Of a DNA stretch of 48,506 nt, positions 18,449 through 27,467 are shown in pieces (the stretch's first letter is position 1; every line of letters starts with the position of its first letter). The DNA lies in assembly GCA_016187405.1 (NCBI GenBank), contig JACPJS010000010.1, positions 1 to 48,506 on the forward strand. Reading direction: 5' to 3'. A model generated the notes under the pieces. That model was not told where the DNA came from and made no database searches. It saw only the letters and a list, made by a program, of their open reading frames with translations. This DNA is from Candidatus Aenigmatarchaeota archaeon. GTDB lineage: Archaea > Aenigmatarchaeota > Aenigmatarchaeia > CG10238-14 > SCSR01. The position numbers and the translations under genes were made by a program.

Positions 18449-19779
18449 CACAATACCTCTGTTCTTTCAGAAACTTCACCGGAAATGTTTGTCGTCATCA
18501 TTTCTCGAACCTTGTTCATATCTTTCGTGTGACCAAGAACGAACATCAGTTTAATCAAAGCAGTTTCTGGTGTCCAATCACATTCATTCCCAATTACACC
18601 GACTTTCTCCATTCTTCTTCCTGTCTCGTAAACATTCAGGTTCAACCTTCCGTGAATTGTTTGTGGCGCGATGACAACTGGAATATTGGAATCGATCAAA
18701 TTCTTCACTGCAAGCAGAACACTTTTCGTAAACGAATCGTTAGTCGGATTTGTTGGAAAATGACCCAGTCCTGTCCCTGCGATTACAACTCCCTCGAATG
18801 TTCTCAACGATTGGATGAATTCAGGTTTTATTCCTGGATACGTGTATATCAAAGCTACATTTGTATTGAACTTGTCATCAATTTTCACAGTTTTTTTGTC
18901 ACGTTTCCTGTAATCTGTTCTGAGCATTTCGATTTTCTTTTCTGGATAAGAAATTTTGGCGTAGGGTAAGACATTCACAGATTGGAATGCGTCACGCCTT
19001 GATGTGTGTAATTTTCTGACTTTGGTTCCTTGATGAAGATAACAGAAATTGTCGCTCATGTTCGCATGCATGCATACCATCACTTCTGCTATGTCAGACC
19101 TTGCTGCAGCAACGACTGCTGATACAAGATTCGGAAGATTGTCACTACTCCCACGATCGCTGCTTCTTTGTGCGCCTACCAGTATGACAGGCACTGGCAA
19201 ATCCTTCAACATGAAACTCAATGCTGCCGCAGTGAAATGAAGCGTGTCAGTACCATGCATCAGTACAATACCATCGACACCTGATTCTATCTCTTTTACA
19301 ACTTCTTTCGCAACGACTTTCCAATGTTCAGGCGTCATGTCTTCTGATAAAATGTCGAACAGTTTCTTTCCTTTGATATTGGCTATGTCCCCGAGTTCAG
19401 GAAAAGAAGCAATCAAGTCTCCTGGTGAGAACGCCGGAAATACCGCACCTGTGGTATATTCTACCCTGGCACCTATGGTTCCGCCGCATCCTAGAATGGA
19501 AACAGTAGGTTTGTTCGGATCTTTCCTAGCAGTCATCTCAGCTGGCTTGAATCTGATAGGCTTGCCTTTCTGTGAAAGTCTGATTTTAGTGTCTTTTTCG
19601 AACTTGACACCAATGTTATAACCGTTATCCAGCTTCAGAACCAATGAAGAAGTGTCACCAAGCTCGATTCTAGGCATAAGGATGCCTGAATAGGTCGATT
19701 TGCCCTTAGAAACCAGTATCTTATCTCCAACTTTTATCTTCTTTGACTTGAGCAGAGACTCGATTTCTTGAGAATACAA
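18448..19779 (-). CDS. gatD: Glu-tRNA(Gln) amidotransferase subunit D
   Basis: KLDNGYNIG, GGTI, HGTDT, GAQRSSDRGSSD, KLHTSRRDAF. Confidence 0.96.
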   Translation of the reverse strand: MYSQEIESLLKSKKIKVGDKILVSKGKSTYSGILMPRIELGDTSSLVLKLDNGYNIGVKFEKDTKIRLSQKGKPIRFKPAEMTARKDPNKPTVSILGCGGTIGARVEYTTGAVFPAFSPGDLIASFPELGDIANIKGKKLFDILSEDMTPEHWKVVAKEVVKEIESGVDGIVLMHGTDTLHFTAAALSFMLKDLPVPVILVGAQRSSDRGSSDNLPNLVSAVVAAARSDIAEVMVCMHANMSDNFCYLHQGTKVRKLHTSRRDAFQSVNVLPYAKISYPEKKIEMLRTDYRKRDKKTVKIDDKFNTNVALIYTYPGIKPEFIQSLRTFEGVVIAGTGLGHFPTNPTNDSFTKSVLLAVKNLIDSNIPVVIAPQTIHGRLNLNVYETGRRMEKVGVIGNECDWTPETALIKLMFVLGHTKDMNKVREMMTTNISGEVSERTEVL

Positions 19780-19826
19780 GATATCAGTTCATTATATGTA
19801 ACGCATGCAGTAATAAAGGTTGTAGT

Positions 19827-20321
19827 TTAGAAGCGATATTCTTCCAATTTGTACAGTCTAGAGACGACAACTTCCTTCCATTCGCCTATTATGCTGCCGA
19901 ATTTTTCCCTAATTTCGAGTTTCATCTCGTCCATCTCCATGTTGTCTTTCGACAAGAAGACTATGTAAAGGTCGTAATCACCCAGCATGGTCATCAAATC
20001 TATCACACTAGGGTTTTTCATCATATCCTCGATGAGTGCATTGTACTTCTCCTTGACTATGTCCTTCAGTTTGACATATACATGAGTAGCCTGTAAAAGT
20101 CCTAGTTTGGTTACGCCAACTTGTATGGTATATTTGTTAATGACACCATCAAATTCCAGTTTCTGGATCCTCTTTTTTGTGGAATCTACTGAAAGACCTA
20201 TCTGTCTTGCTATAACTGTTAGCTTGGTTCTCGCATTCTTGGATAGAATATTGAGTATTTGACGGTCTTTTTCATCGACCTCACGTAATTTTATAGGGAA
20301 AGTGTCTGTTTTTGGTCTCAT
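19827..20321 (-). CDS. Lrp/AsnC family transcription regulator
   Basis: DEKDRQIL..NAR..IARQIGLS..RIQKL HTH; GDYDL. Confidence 0.92.
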   Translation of the reverse strand: MRPKTDTFPIKLREVDEKDRQILNILSKNARTKLTVIARQIGLSVDSTKKRIQKLEFDGVINKYTIQVGVTKLGLLQATHVYVKLKDIVKEKYNALIEDMMKNPSVIDLMTMLGDYDLYIVFLSKDNMEMDEMKLEIREKFGSIIGEWKEVVVSRLYKLEEYRF

Positions 20322-20426
20322 ATCTCTTATTTATTAAGACAAATATTTAAATCTATCGTATTTTTAAGGCATTTTAAAGTGAAACTATTAGTATTTCTAC
20401 GACATCTATTACAACAAGTGAAAATA

Positions 20427-20774
20427 ATGGATAATCAACCTTCTAGTGAAATGGACGACAGACTAGAATCTTCTGAGAGATATCATTTGGATTTAGCCCG
20501 TGGTGTAACGACAGTAAAGAGGGGTTTAGAAGAATACTCGCAGCTTTGGGATTCACTAGATAGAAGACTTGGTGATGGGAACGAAATTACGCAAGCTTAC
20601 GTAAAAGAATTTATGTCTAGAGACGATGGAGTCCATCTGCAAGATGATCCTTATGATAGAGAACGTGTTGAACTTATGAAAGCTAGTTTTCTTTACAAAC
20701 GTCTATGGCCTCCAGATCTGGCAAGAGCACTAACTTTTAGTACAATTTTCAATTCAAAGAAATATCGACGATAA
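20427..20774 (+). CDS. Hypothetical protein (orphan)
   Basis: ATG at 20427; stop overlaps the next start. Confidence 0.6.
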   Translation: MDNQPSSEMDDRLESSERYHLDLARGVTTVKRGLEEYSQLWDSLDRRLGDGNEITQAYVKEFMSRDDGVHLQDDPYDRERVELMKASFLYKRLWPPDLARALTFSTIFNSKKYRR

Positions 20775-20998
20775 TGAACATGGAATGTAAGATATGCAAA
20801 TCTCCTATATTTGAAGGACAAGTGAGAGGTCCATGTCCGAAATGTGATGTTAACACATGTGTATACTGCAGCAGAATGTGCGATGTATGTCTGAGAAATT
20901 TTTGCTTTGAACATGTCAAACTTGCCAAGTCCATAGTTCCGGGTGGAATGCAGCTGATGAAGTTGTGTGATTTCTGCAAGCCTGCTTGGAAGGCATGA
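20774..20998 (+). CDS. Small multi-zinc-finger protein
   Basis: CKIC, CPKC, CVYC, CDVC, CFEH, CDFC in 74 aa. Confidence 0.8.
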   Translation: MNMECKICKSPIFEGQVRGPCPKCDVNTCVYCSRMCDVCLRNFCFEHVKLAKSIVPGGMQLMKLCDFCKPAWKA

Positions 20999-21034
20999 TT
21001 AATTTATAGAAAATAAATTACAATGAGGTAAAAC

Positions 21035-21766
21035 ATGGAAGATCTAGTTCTTTGGAAGCCGCTTTACTATACTAGCATAGCACTTTTCATTTTGTCGTTG
21101 GTTCTTTTCCCATTCAACTCACAATGGTCTATAGTAACAATATTGTTACTATTATCACTCTGGACTAGAATACCGGGATTCATCCATTTTATTTTTAACA
21201 AACTAGCAATGAACGACATGTTCACTTTGATTATAGCTGCGAACATGGGAGGTTTGGCTGGTGGGATATTCGGCGCGTTCACAATGGTATTCTCAAGGTT
21301 ATTCGGACCGAATGAATGGATGCCGTATACAATCAGGGCAACAGTCGCGCTTTTTGTCGGTGGTCTAAGTGTTCCTTTAATTATAGCTTCAACTGGCGGG
21401 GTGAACACACTCGCGCTTTATTTGTTTGAAGGTGTTGTCTATGCAGTTTTCTATATTCAAGTTCTGCTTTTCTGGAGAGAGGAGATTGGAATTGAAATAG
21501 GTCTTCTGCCGATTGTTATTTTCTTCGACTTTTTCTTGACAGGCTGGTTGGTAGGTGCTTTCGGCCAGACGCTTTCAGATATGCTGACCAAGGGGCTGAC
21601 TTCTGGATGGCCATTCATAATATTCAGTGGAATAATATTGTTTTACATTTGGTTTTCTGTAAATGGAAAGAAAATAGAAGGTTTCCTAGAATCAATATGG
21701 AATAGAATCGGTGGTAAAAAAATTCATAAGAAAGATAAAGAATTTTTCGATGAATTAGAAAATTAA
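21035..21766 (+). CDS. Polytopic membrane protein
   Basis: About 7 hydrophobic segments; GAGGT SD upstream. Confidence 0.8.
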   Translation: MEDLVLWKPLYYTSIALFILSLVLFPFNSQWSIVTILLLLSLWTRIPGFIHFIFNKLAMNDMFTLIIAANMGGLAGGIFGAFTMVFSRLFGPNEWMPYTIRATVALFVGGLSVPLIIASTGGVNTLALYLFEGVVYAVFYIQVLLFWREEIGIEIGLLPIVIFFDFFLTGWLVGAFGQTLSDMLTKGLTSGWPFIIFSGIILFYIWFSVNGKKIEGFLESIWNRIGGKKIHKKDKEFFDELEN

Positions 21767-21876
21767 TTTCGTCTGATTTTTCTAAGATATTTCATAATGT
21801 TAACTTTACCCCAAACAGCACGAGATTTCTTCAGACCTTGTTTGATATGCATGAATCTTTTCTTGAAGTGTACCAT
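21763..21876 (-). CDS. 37-aa highly basic small protein (absent from the ORF track)
   Basis: MVHFKKRFMHIKQGLKKSRAVWGKVNIMKYLRKIRRN; starts 17 nt after the pyrG stop and fills the gap. Confidence 0.65.
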   Translation of the reverse strand: MVHFKKRFMHIKQGLKKSRAVWGKVNIMKYLRKIRRN

Positions 21877-21893
21877 AATATTATTTGGTTTAT

Positions 21894-23606
21894 TTATTGA
21901 TTAACACATGCTTGAACAAATCCCATGAACAATGGGCTAGGTGTCAGTGGACGTGATGTGAATTCTCCATGGGCTTGTGTTGCAACAAAGAATTTGTTTT
22001 TTGGTAATTCTATAAATTCGCACAGGTTTCTTTTCTCATATATGCCTGACAGGGACATTCCATTCTTTTCAAGTGTTTCATGAAATTCTGGGTTCAGTTC
22101 CCATCTATGTCTGTGTCTTTCTGTTATAACATCTTTATCATATAACTTTCTAACAAGAGAACCTGGTTTCAATTTTGCAGAAAAAGAACCCAGTCTCATG
22201 GTACCGCCCATGTTGGATTTTTCCAATATATCCTTCTGTTCTGGGATTATATCAATAATAGGACATTCTGTATCCGGATTTATCTCAGTCGATTGCGCTG
22301 TTTTCAAACCGCAAATATTTCTTGCAAATTCGACAACTGCCATTTGCATTCCGTAACATAATCCAAGATAAGGAATATTATTTTCGCGTACATATTTTAT
22401 TGCTGCAATTTTTCCTTCGATTCCCCTTTTTCCAAAGCCACCTGGAACTATAACACCATCAACACCTTTCAATGCATCTTCGACCTTTGTCTTACCATCT
22501 TCTATGTCACCTGCTTCAATCCATTTCACTTTTACTTTCGTATCGAAATATGGTGCTGCATGCTCGAGTGATTTCAAAACACTCAAATACGAATCGTGCA
22601 CATTCGTATATTTACCGACAATTCCAACAACGATTTCCTTGTTTGCATTTTCCACTTTGTTTAAAAATTTTTCCCATGTTTTAAAATTAAGCAAAGTATC
22701 ATCGTTTTCTTTAGGTGAAATATTCAGAATCGAAAATAATTCTTTATCCAAACTCAAATCACGAAGTGCTAAAGGTATTTCATAAATGTTTGAAAAATCG
22801 TAGAGATTGTAAACTCGCGATAACGGTACGTTCCCGAATCCGCTGATTTTCTCCTTCACGGAATTTGGTATAGGAGTTTGTGATCTGCACACTATCATAT
22901 CTGGCTGTACACCGAGTGTAAGAAGTTGTCTTAGGCCTAATTGAGCGGCTTTACTTTTGTATTCATCAAGTGAATTTGGTTCTATGATATATGTGACATT
23001 TACAAACATCACATTATCTTTACCTTCTTCATATCGTAACTCGCGCATCGCCTCGACAAAATAAGAATTCTCCAAGTCACCGACAGTTCCACCAACTTCA
23101 ACAAGAACCACATCAGCATCGGATTTCATTGCAAGTTGGCGCAAGAAATTTTTGATTTCACCTGTAACATGCGGAATGAACTGGACATCACGACCCAAGA
23201 ATTTCCCCGCACGTTCTTTGTCGATAATAGTTTTGAAAATCTTTCCACCAGTAAGATAATTATCCTTTGTCAAATTCCTATGAAGAGCACGTTCATAGGA
23301 ACCTAGATCCAAGTCACCTTCTGTCCCATCTTCCAAAACAAAAACTTCACCATGCCTGAAAGGATTCAACGTACCAGCATCATAGTTGATATATCCATCG
23401 AATTTAACAGGAGAAACTTTAAACCCATGACAACTGAGTAATGTAGCCAACGCACCAGAGAAAGTCCCTTTACCAACGCCAGACATCACACTTCCTGTAA
23501 CTACAATGTACTTCGTCTTGCCAGATTGATAACCATAAGGGAACCAAGAATAATATTCGTGCTCTATAGTGCTTTCAGCCAAATTTTTCGATTCGTTGAG
23601 CGACAC
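21894..23606 (-). CDS. pyrG: CTP synthase
   Basis: VTGSVMSGVGKG, HGEVFV, DLDLG, VGGTVGD, VPGGFG, GLCYGMQ, ERHRHR. Confidence 0.97.
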   Translation of the reverse strand: MSLNESKNLAESTIEHEYYSWFPYGYQSGKTKYIVVTGSVMSGVGKGTFSGALATLLSCHGFKVSPVKFDGYINYDAGTLNPFRHGEVFVLEDGTEGDLDLGSYERALHRNLTKDNYLTGGKIFKTIIDKERAGKFLGRDVQFIPHVTGEIKNFLRQLAMKSDADVVLVEVGGTVGDLENSYFVEAMRELRYEEGKDNVMFVNVTYIIEPNSLDEYKSKAAQLGLRQLLTLGVQPDMIVCRSQTPIPNSVKEKISGFGNVPLSRVYNLYDFSNIYEIPLALRDLSLDKELFSILNISPKENDDTLLNFKTWEKFLNKVENANKEIVVGIVGKYTNVHDSYLSVLKSLEHAAPYFDTKVKVKWIEAGDIEDGKTKVEDALKGVDGVIVPGGFGKRGIEGKIAAIKYVRENNIPYLGLCYGMQMAVVEFARNICGLKTAQSTEINPDTECPIIDIIPEQKDILEKSNMGGTMRLGSFSAKLKPGSLVRKLYDKDVITERHRHRWELNPEFHETLEKNGMSLSGIYEKRNLCEFIELPKNKFFVATQAHGEFTSRPLTPSPLFMGFVQACVNQ

Positions 23607-23665
23607 ACCAAAATAGGCTTCTGAAACTTATAAGCTTTTGTTGCAATTAGTCTGACAAATTAAGT

Positions 23666-24385
23666 TCAAATTTTACTCGAATGTTTCCAAAGAATGTCAA
23701 AATATTCTTTCAAAGAATCTGCAACAGCCTTGTTCTGTATCACCACGCCTTCAGGAGGATCAGTCCATATTATAATTGCGACCTTGTCATTGTAAATATC
23801 AAAAACAGCTTCGGATGCGATTTTCTTTTTGATATACCTCACTTCCGTTGTCTTGGATTGATGAACATCCCTACCTTCCCTCACAAGGTGTTTTATTTTT
23901 ATTTTCTTTTTCTCCAATTGTCTTACGAAATGCTTCGCAAAATAAGGCATCCTTTCAGAGAATTTTCCTTCCGAGTCCATCAAATAATGAACTTTCGTAT
24001 TTCTCAGGAAATCCTCAAAGATTGATTTGACACCATGATAACCATAGTACAATGTCACATTATGTTTTTCTTCAGGGGTTTTGTAAATCTTTTCGAGTGA
24101 CGGAAGAAGCTTGATTACCTCGAATTTCTTTTCGTCTACAAAATCTTTCAATTGGTTCGGATTTGAAACCTCGAAATATTTCACCTTTCCCTTGACAACA
24201 TATCCAATCAGTCCCTTGTCCAAAAGCCTTTTCAGAACATCATAAGTTGTTGTCCTGTTTATTTGAGAAATTTTACTTATTTTTCCAACCTTGCATGTCC
24301 CATGCTTTAACAAAGTCAGATAAACTTGTGCTTCATTACTCGTCAATCCTATCCTTTCGAGACCTTTGCTAATCTCTTCCATCAT
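23666..24385 (-). CDS. TrmB-family transcription regulator
   Basis: GLTSNEAQVYLTLL..RTTTYDVLKRL wHTH; IYNDKVAII..FDILW. Confidence 0.9.
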   Translation of the reverse strand: MMEEISKGLERIGLTSNEAQVYLTLLKHGTCKVGKISKISQINRTTTYDVLKRLLDKGLIGYVVKGKVKYFEVSNPNQLKDFVDEKKFEVIKLLPSLEKIYKTPEEKHNVTLYYGYHGVKSIFEDFLRNTKVHYLMDSEGKFSERMPYFAKHFVRQLEKKKIKIKHLVREGRDVHQSKTTEVRYIKKKIASEAVFDIYNDKVAIIIWTDPPEGVVIQNKAVADSLKEYFDILWKHSSKI

Positions 24386-24485
24386 ATTAAATCATGGAAA
24401 AATAGCGATAAATAAAAGTGTTGTAAAAATCCTAACAACAAATTCTATTATAGTAAATGTCACCATGACTAATCAGGTGATTCAA

Positions 24486-24629
24486 ATGATTCCAGATTCT
24501 GATATCGTAGGATTATTATGCCCAGGATGTGACATGGTGGTTGCCCAAAATGAAATAATAGAAAGAAATGGACGGATAGGATGTATAAAATGCTGGAAAA
24601 TATCATGGATAGAAGTTTCTAAATCATAA
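24486..24629 (+). CDS. Small zinc-ribbon protein
   Basis: GGTGA SD before ATG 24486 (alternative 24465); CPGC and CIKC. Confidence 0.6.
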   Translation: MIPDSDIVGLLCPGCDMVVAQNEIIERNGRIGCIKCWKISWIEVSKS

Positions 24630-24646
24630 AAGCTTCTAAAATTTGT

Positions 24647-25789
24647 TTATTTTCCAAAAACAATCGAAACAACATCTTTGTGCTTTAATTGATGGTCTGC
24701 ACCTAACCTTAATTTTGTCCTAGCATCAACACCTGTAATAAACTTATTGCCTAGCTCTGTATGAACTTTGAATGCAAACTCCTTCATTGTAGTTCCATTC
24801 GGGACAAGTATAACATCGGGTAATTTATTTCCATCTTTGTCAGTCAATTTGTTTGCATCGGCAACAGGATACACGGCAATGTAATTAAGAATATCAAATA
24901 CGGATTTGTTCAAACATTCTTGTACACCTGTAGAATTGAACTTGTCAAGAACCTGACTCTTAATATATTCCAAGCCTACCTTTCTAGCAGAGTCTAATTC
25001 ACCAACAATCTCAAAACTGTTTCCATTATATTTTATTAGATATTTTTCATCTGCTTTCTTCAATGCAATTTCAGATTCGGCACTTGTAGGTATCATATTA
25101 GAATAATCCTTTTTCAATTTTTCATAATTTTCCTGCGACGGTTTCAAATCAATCTTATTCGCTGCTATTATGAATGGTTTTGATATTCTCCTAAGCTCTT
25201 TGGAAAAGTTTTCCATGTCTTCAATGGTATATTTTTGCAACGTCTGAGAGACTTCGTTTCTTGTCACACCAAGTCCACTTAATTTTTCCTGGAGCAGAAC
25301 TATCAAATCAGATTCTGAAGATGGTAATTTTAATTTCTCAATATTTCTTTTCACAACAGACTCAAACCATAAATCAATCTCTTCCCGTAGAAATTCTATT
25401 TCCTTTGTTGGATCGAAATTTTCTGTTGGTTTACCTTCTTCATCAGTCATACCAGATGCGTCAATAATCTGAATCATAACAGACGCTTGACGTATATCGT
25501 CCAGGAATTTATTTCCAATTCCTTTTCCCAAATGTGAACCCGGTATCAATCCTCCCACATCTACAAGATTTACTGGAATGTATCTTTTGCCGTTTTTACA
25601 AACACCGTGTTTAGGTTTGCAGGTCGTATTGAATTCCTTGCATATACAATCTATCGTAACATACGCCACACCTTTATTCGGATTTATCGTAGTGAATGGG
25701 ACTGAAGATGTCTTCACATCAATCATAGTCGCTGCTTTGAAGAAACTTGACTTGCCTGCAGACGGTTTACCGATAAGACCGATTATCAT
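24647..25789 (-). CDS. ychF: YchF/Obg-family NTPase (archaeal type)
   Basis: GKPSAGKS, PFTTI, DVGGLIPG, NKID, C-terminal TGS. Confidence 0.92.
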   Translation of the reverse strand: MIIGLIGKPSAGKSSFFKAATMIDVKTSSVPFTTINPNKGVAYVTIDCICKEFNTTCKPKHGVCKNGKRYIPVNLVDVGGLIPGSHLGKGIGNKFLDDIRQASVMIQIIDASGMTDEEGKPTENFDPTKEIEFLREEIDLWFESVVKRNIEKLKLPSSESDLIVLLQEKLSGLGVTRNEVSQTLQKYTIEDMENFSKELRRISKPFIIAANKIDLKPSQENYEKLKKDYSNMIPTSAESEIALKKADEKYLIKYNGNSFEIVGELDSARKVGLEYIKSQVLDKFNSTGVQECLNKSVFDILNYIAVYPVADANKLTDKDGNKLPDVILVPNGTTMKEFAFKVHTELGNKFITGVDARTKLRLGADHQLKHKDVVSIVFGK

Positions 25790-25821
25790 ATCAAATAAAC
25801 ATCTAGTCAAGAATTAAAGAG

Positions 25822-26142
25822 TTAGCTTTTTGCCATTGTGTAGATTTCTTTCACCATTCTTTCTATGTTCGCGATTCTCTGGTTGATTGCTTCATATTCC
25901 AATTTCAAACTGTCCATCTGTGCAGACATCAAATCAACTCTGGCTCCTGTATTATCTGCACTGGGATAACTAGTCTGCTGGTTTGGATATTGTGACTGTG
26001 GCGGATAGTTTGTTTGAGGTTGGTATTGTGATTGGTTTGGATAAGATGTTTCATCTTCCTTTTTCTTGAAAAGTTTGGTTGGTAATAGGATTATCTTGAA
26101 TGGCAAAGTAACGACTGATTTTAGAATATCTCCAACTCCCAT
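25822..26142 (-). CDS. Hypothetical protein with Y/P/Q low-complexity linker and C-terminal coiled coil
   Basis: YPNQSQYQPQTNYPPQSQYPNQQ; LKLEYEAINQRIANIERMVKEI. Confidence 0.8.
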   Translation of the reverse strand: MGVGDILKSVVTLPFKIILLPTKLFKKKEDETSYPNQSQYQPQTNYPPQSQYPNQQTSYPSADNTGARVDLMSAQMDSLKLEYEAINQRIANIERMVKEIYTMAKS

Positions 26143-26146
26143 TCAA

Positions 26147-26662
26147 TTACCTCATTACTGCCTCTGCTGAAATTCCAAGTGATTTCTGGATTGCATTTCT
26201 CAAATCTGTCACCTTTATCCTACATTCCTCTATTAGATTTCGTCTCACGTCATTATAAAGAGTTCTCAGGTATATCCATCTCAATGATTTGTAAATCGGG
26301 CTGGTGTTCCACATGTTGTTTTCATCAAAACCAGTTTTTATTTTTCCTGTGATCATTACCGTAACTTCACCATCCTTGTTTGGATCGGGATTGTTCTTTC
26401 CCTGAACTATAACTTCTATAAAGGCTTTCGTCCACATGTCATAACCCTTCACCACTATGAACCTGAACAAAAAGTCTCTCATGGCTCCTGTATTGTCCCA
26501 TCTGAATTCCCTTTCCCAGACATCTTTACCTCTGACATCGAATATCGCTCTTAGAAGTTGGGGTATCGAATGGTAGATACGGAATGGGTTCGGTCCCTTG
26601 TAATCAACTTTAATAATTCTCTCTGGTACCAGACAATCGTCTTCCAATATCCATTTTGCCAT
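26147..26662 (-). CDS. Hypothetical protein, paralogue A
   Basis: Shares CLxP, YxGPNP..IY, EREFRWD and GKIxT with 26667..27194. Confidence 0.85.
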   Translation of the reverse strand: MAKWILEDDCLVPERIIKVDYKGPNPFRIYHSIPQLLRAIFDVRGKDVWEREFRWDNTGAMRDFLFRFIVVKGYDMWTKAFIEVIVQGKNNPDPNKDGEVTVMITGKIKTGFDENNMWNTSPIYKSLRWIYLRTLYNDVRRNLIEECRIKVTDLRNAIQKSLGISAEAVMR

Positions 26663-26666
26663 TTAA

Positions 26667-27194
26667 TCACGTCTTCGGTAGCAAGTTGAAGAAGCTCTTT
26701 AATTCATCACTAAAAGCAAGCAACAGTTCACGGCAGTCCTCGATATATTTCTTTCTAGTGGACTCGTAAATAAATTTATGATAAAATGTTCTAAACATTT
26801 CATAAATCAAACTTCTCTGCCACGTGTTATCTTGAGGGTATTCTGTTCTAATTTTTCCTTCAAAAGTGATTTTAACCGAACCTTCCTTGCCAAATTCCTT
26901 GCTTGGTTTTACAGTACCGTCGATTGTAACAGTAACATCACGGAATGTGTAGAAATCTAGGTCCTTTATAGTCTCCCATCTTACATGGAAGCTTTCACCG
27001 CTTGCCGTCTTGTCCCATCTGAATTCCCTTTCCTGGAGTTCCTTTTCTGTAATGTTGAACAAGGTGTAGAATTGCTTTCTGATAAATTCGTATATCTGCT
27101 GTGGGTTGGGTCCTGTATATTCTATAGTCGCGGCAGGTCTCGGTATGAGGCAGTAATCATGTATCAAAATCCTTGATCTTTGGAATACTGGCAA
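26667..27194 (-). CDS. Hypothetical protein, paralogue B
   Basis: TTG start; tandem paralogue of 26147..26662. Confidence 0.85.
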   Translation of the reverse strand: MPVFQRSRILIHDYCLIPRPAATIEYTGPNPQQIYEFIRKQFYTLFNITEKELQEREFRWDKTASGESFHVRWETIKDLDFYTFRDVTVTIDGTVKPSKEFGKEGSVKITFEGKIRTEYPQDNTWQRSLIYEMFRTFYHKFIYESTRKKYIEDCRELLLAFSDELKSFFNLLPKT

Positions 27195-27257
27195 TAAATC
27201 ACTGAATAAAATATTGTGTTCTTTTAAACTAAAAAGTATAGGTTACCAAATAATAGT

Positions 27258-27443
27258 ATGGTCTGGGATAAGATACTGGGCTGGATACTGACATTGGTAG
27301 GATTGTTCTTCATAGTCGCCATGCCTGGCATGGGTACAGGTGGTCCAGGAAAAGGCTATCAACCAGTTGAATTTGGAAACTCGTTCGTTCTGATAGGAAT
27401 CATTCTGACAGCCATAGGCATATTTCTCATAGTAAAAACTTAA
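27258..27443 (+). CDS. Small 2-TM protein
   Basis: Two hydrophobic helices with a Gly/Pro loop containing YQP. Confidence 0.75.
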   Translation: MVWDKILGWILTLVGLFFIVAMPGMGTGGPGKGYQPVEFGNSFVLIGIILTAIGIFLIVKT

Positions 27444-27467
27444 TGAAAAGGGAAATACATAATATAA

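Noticed and set aside
207..19621. Many 60-180 aa ORFs antisense to cysS, r-protein genes, secY, dys and gatDE
   Set aside because: Shadow frames of well-supported genes, with no recognisable motifs.
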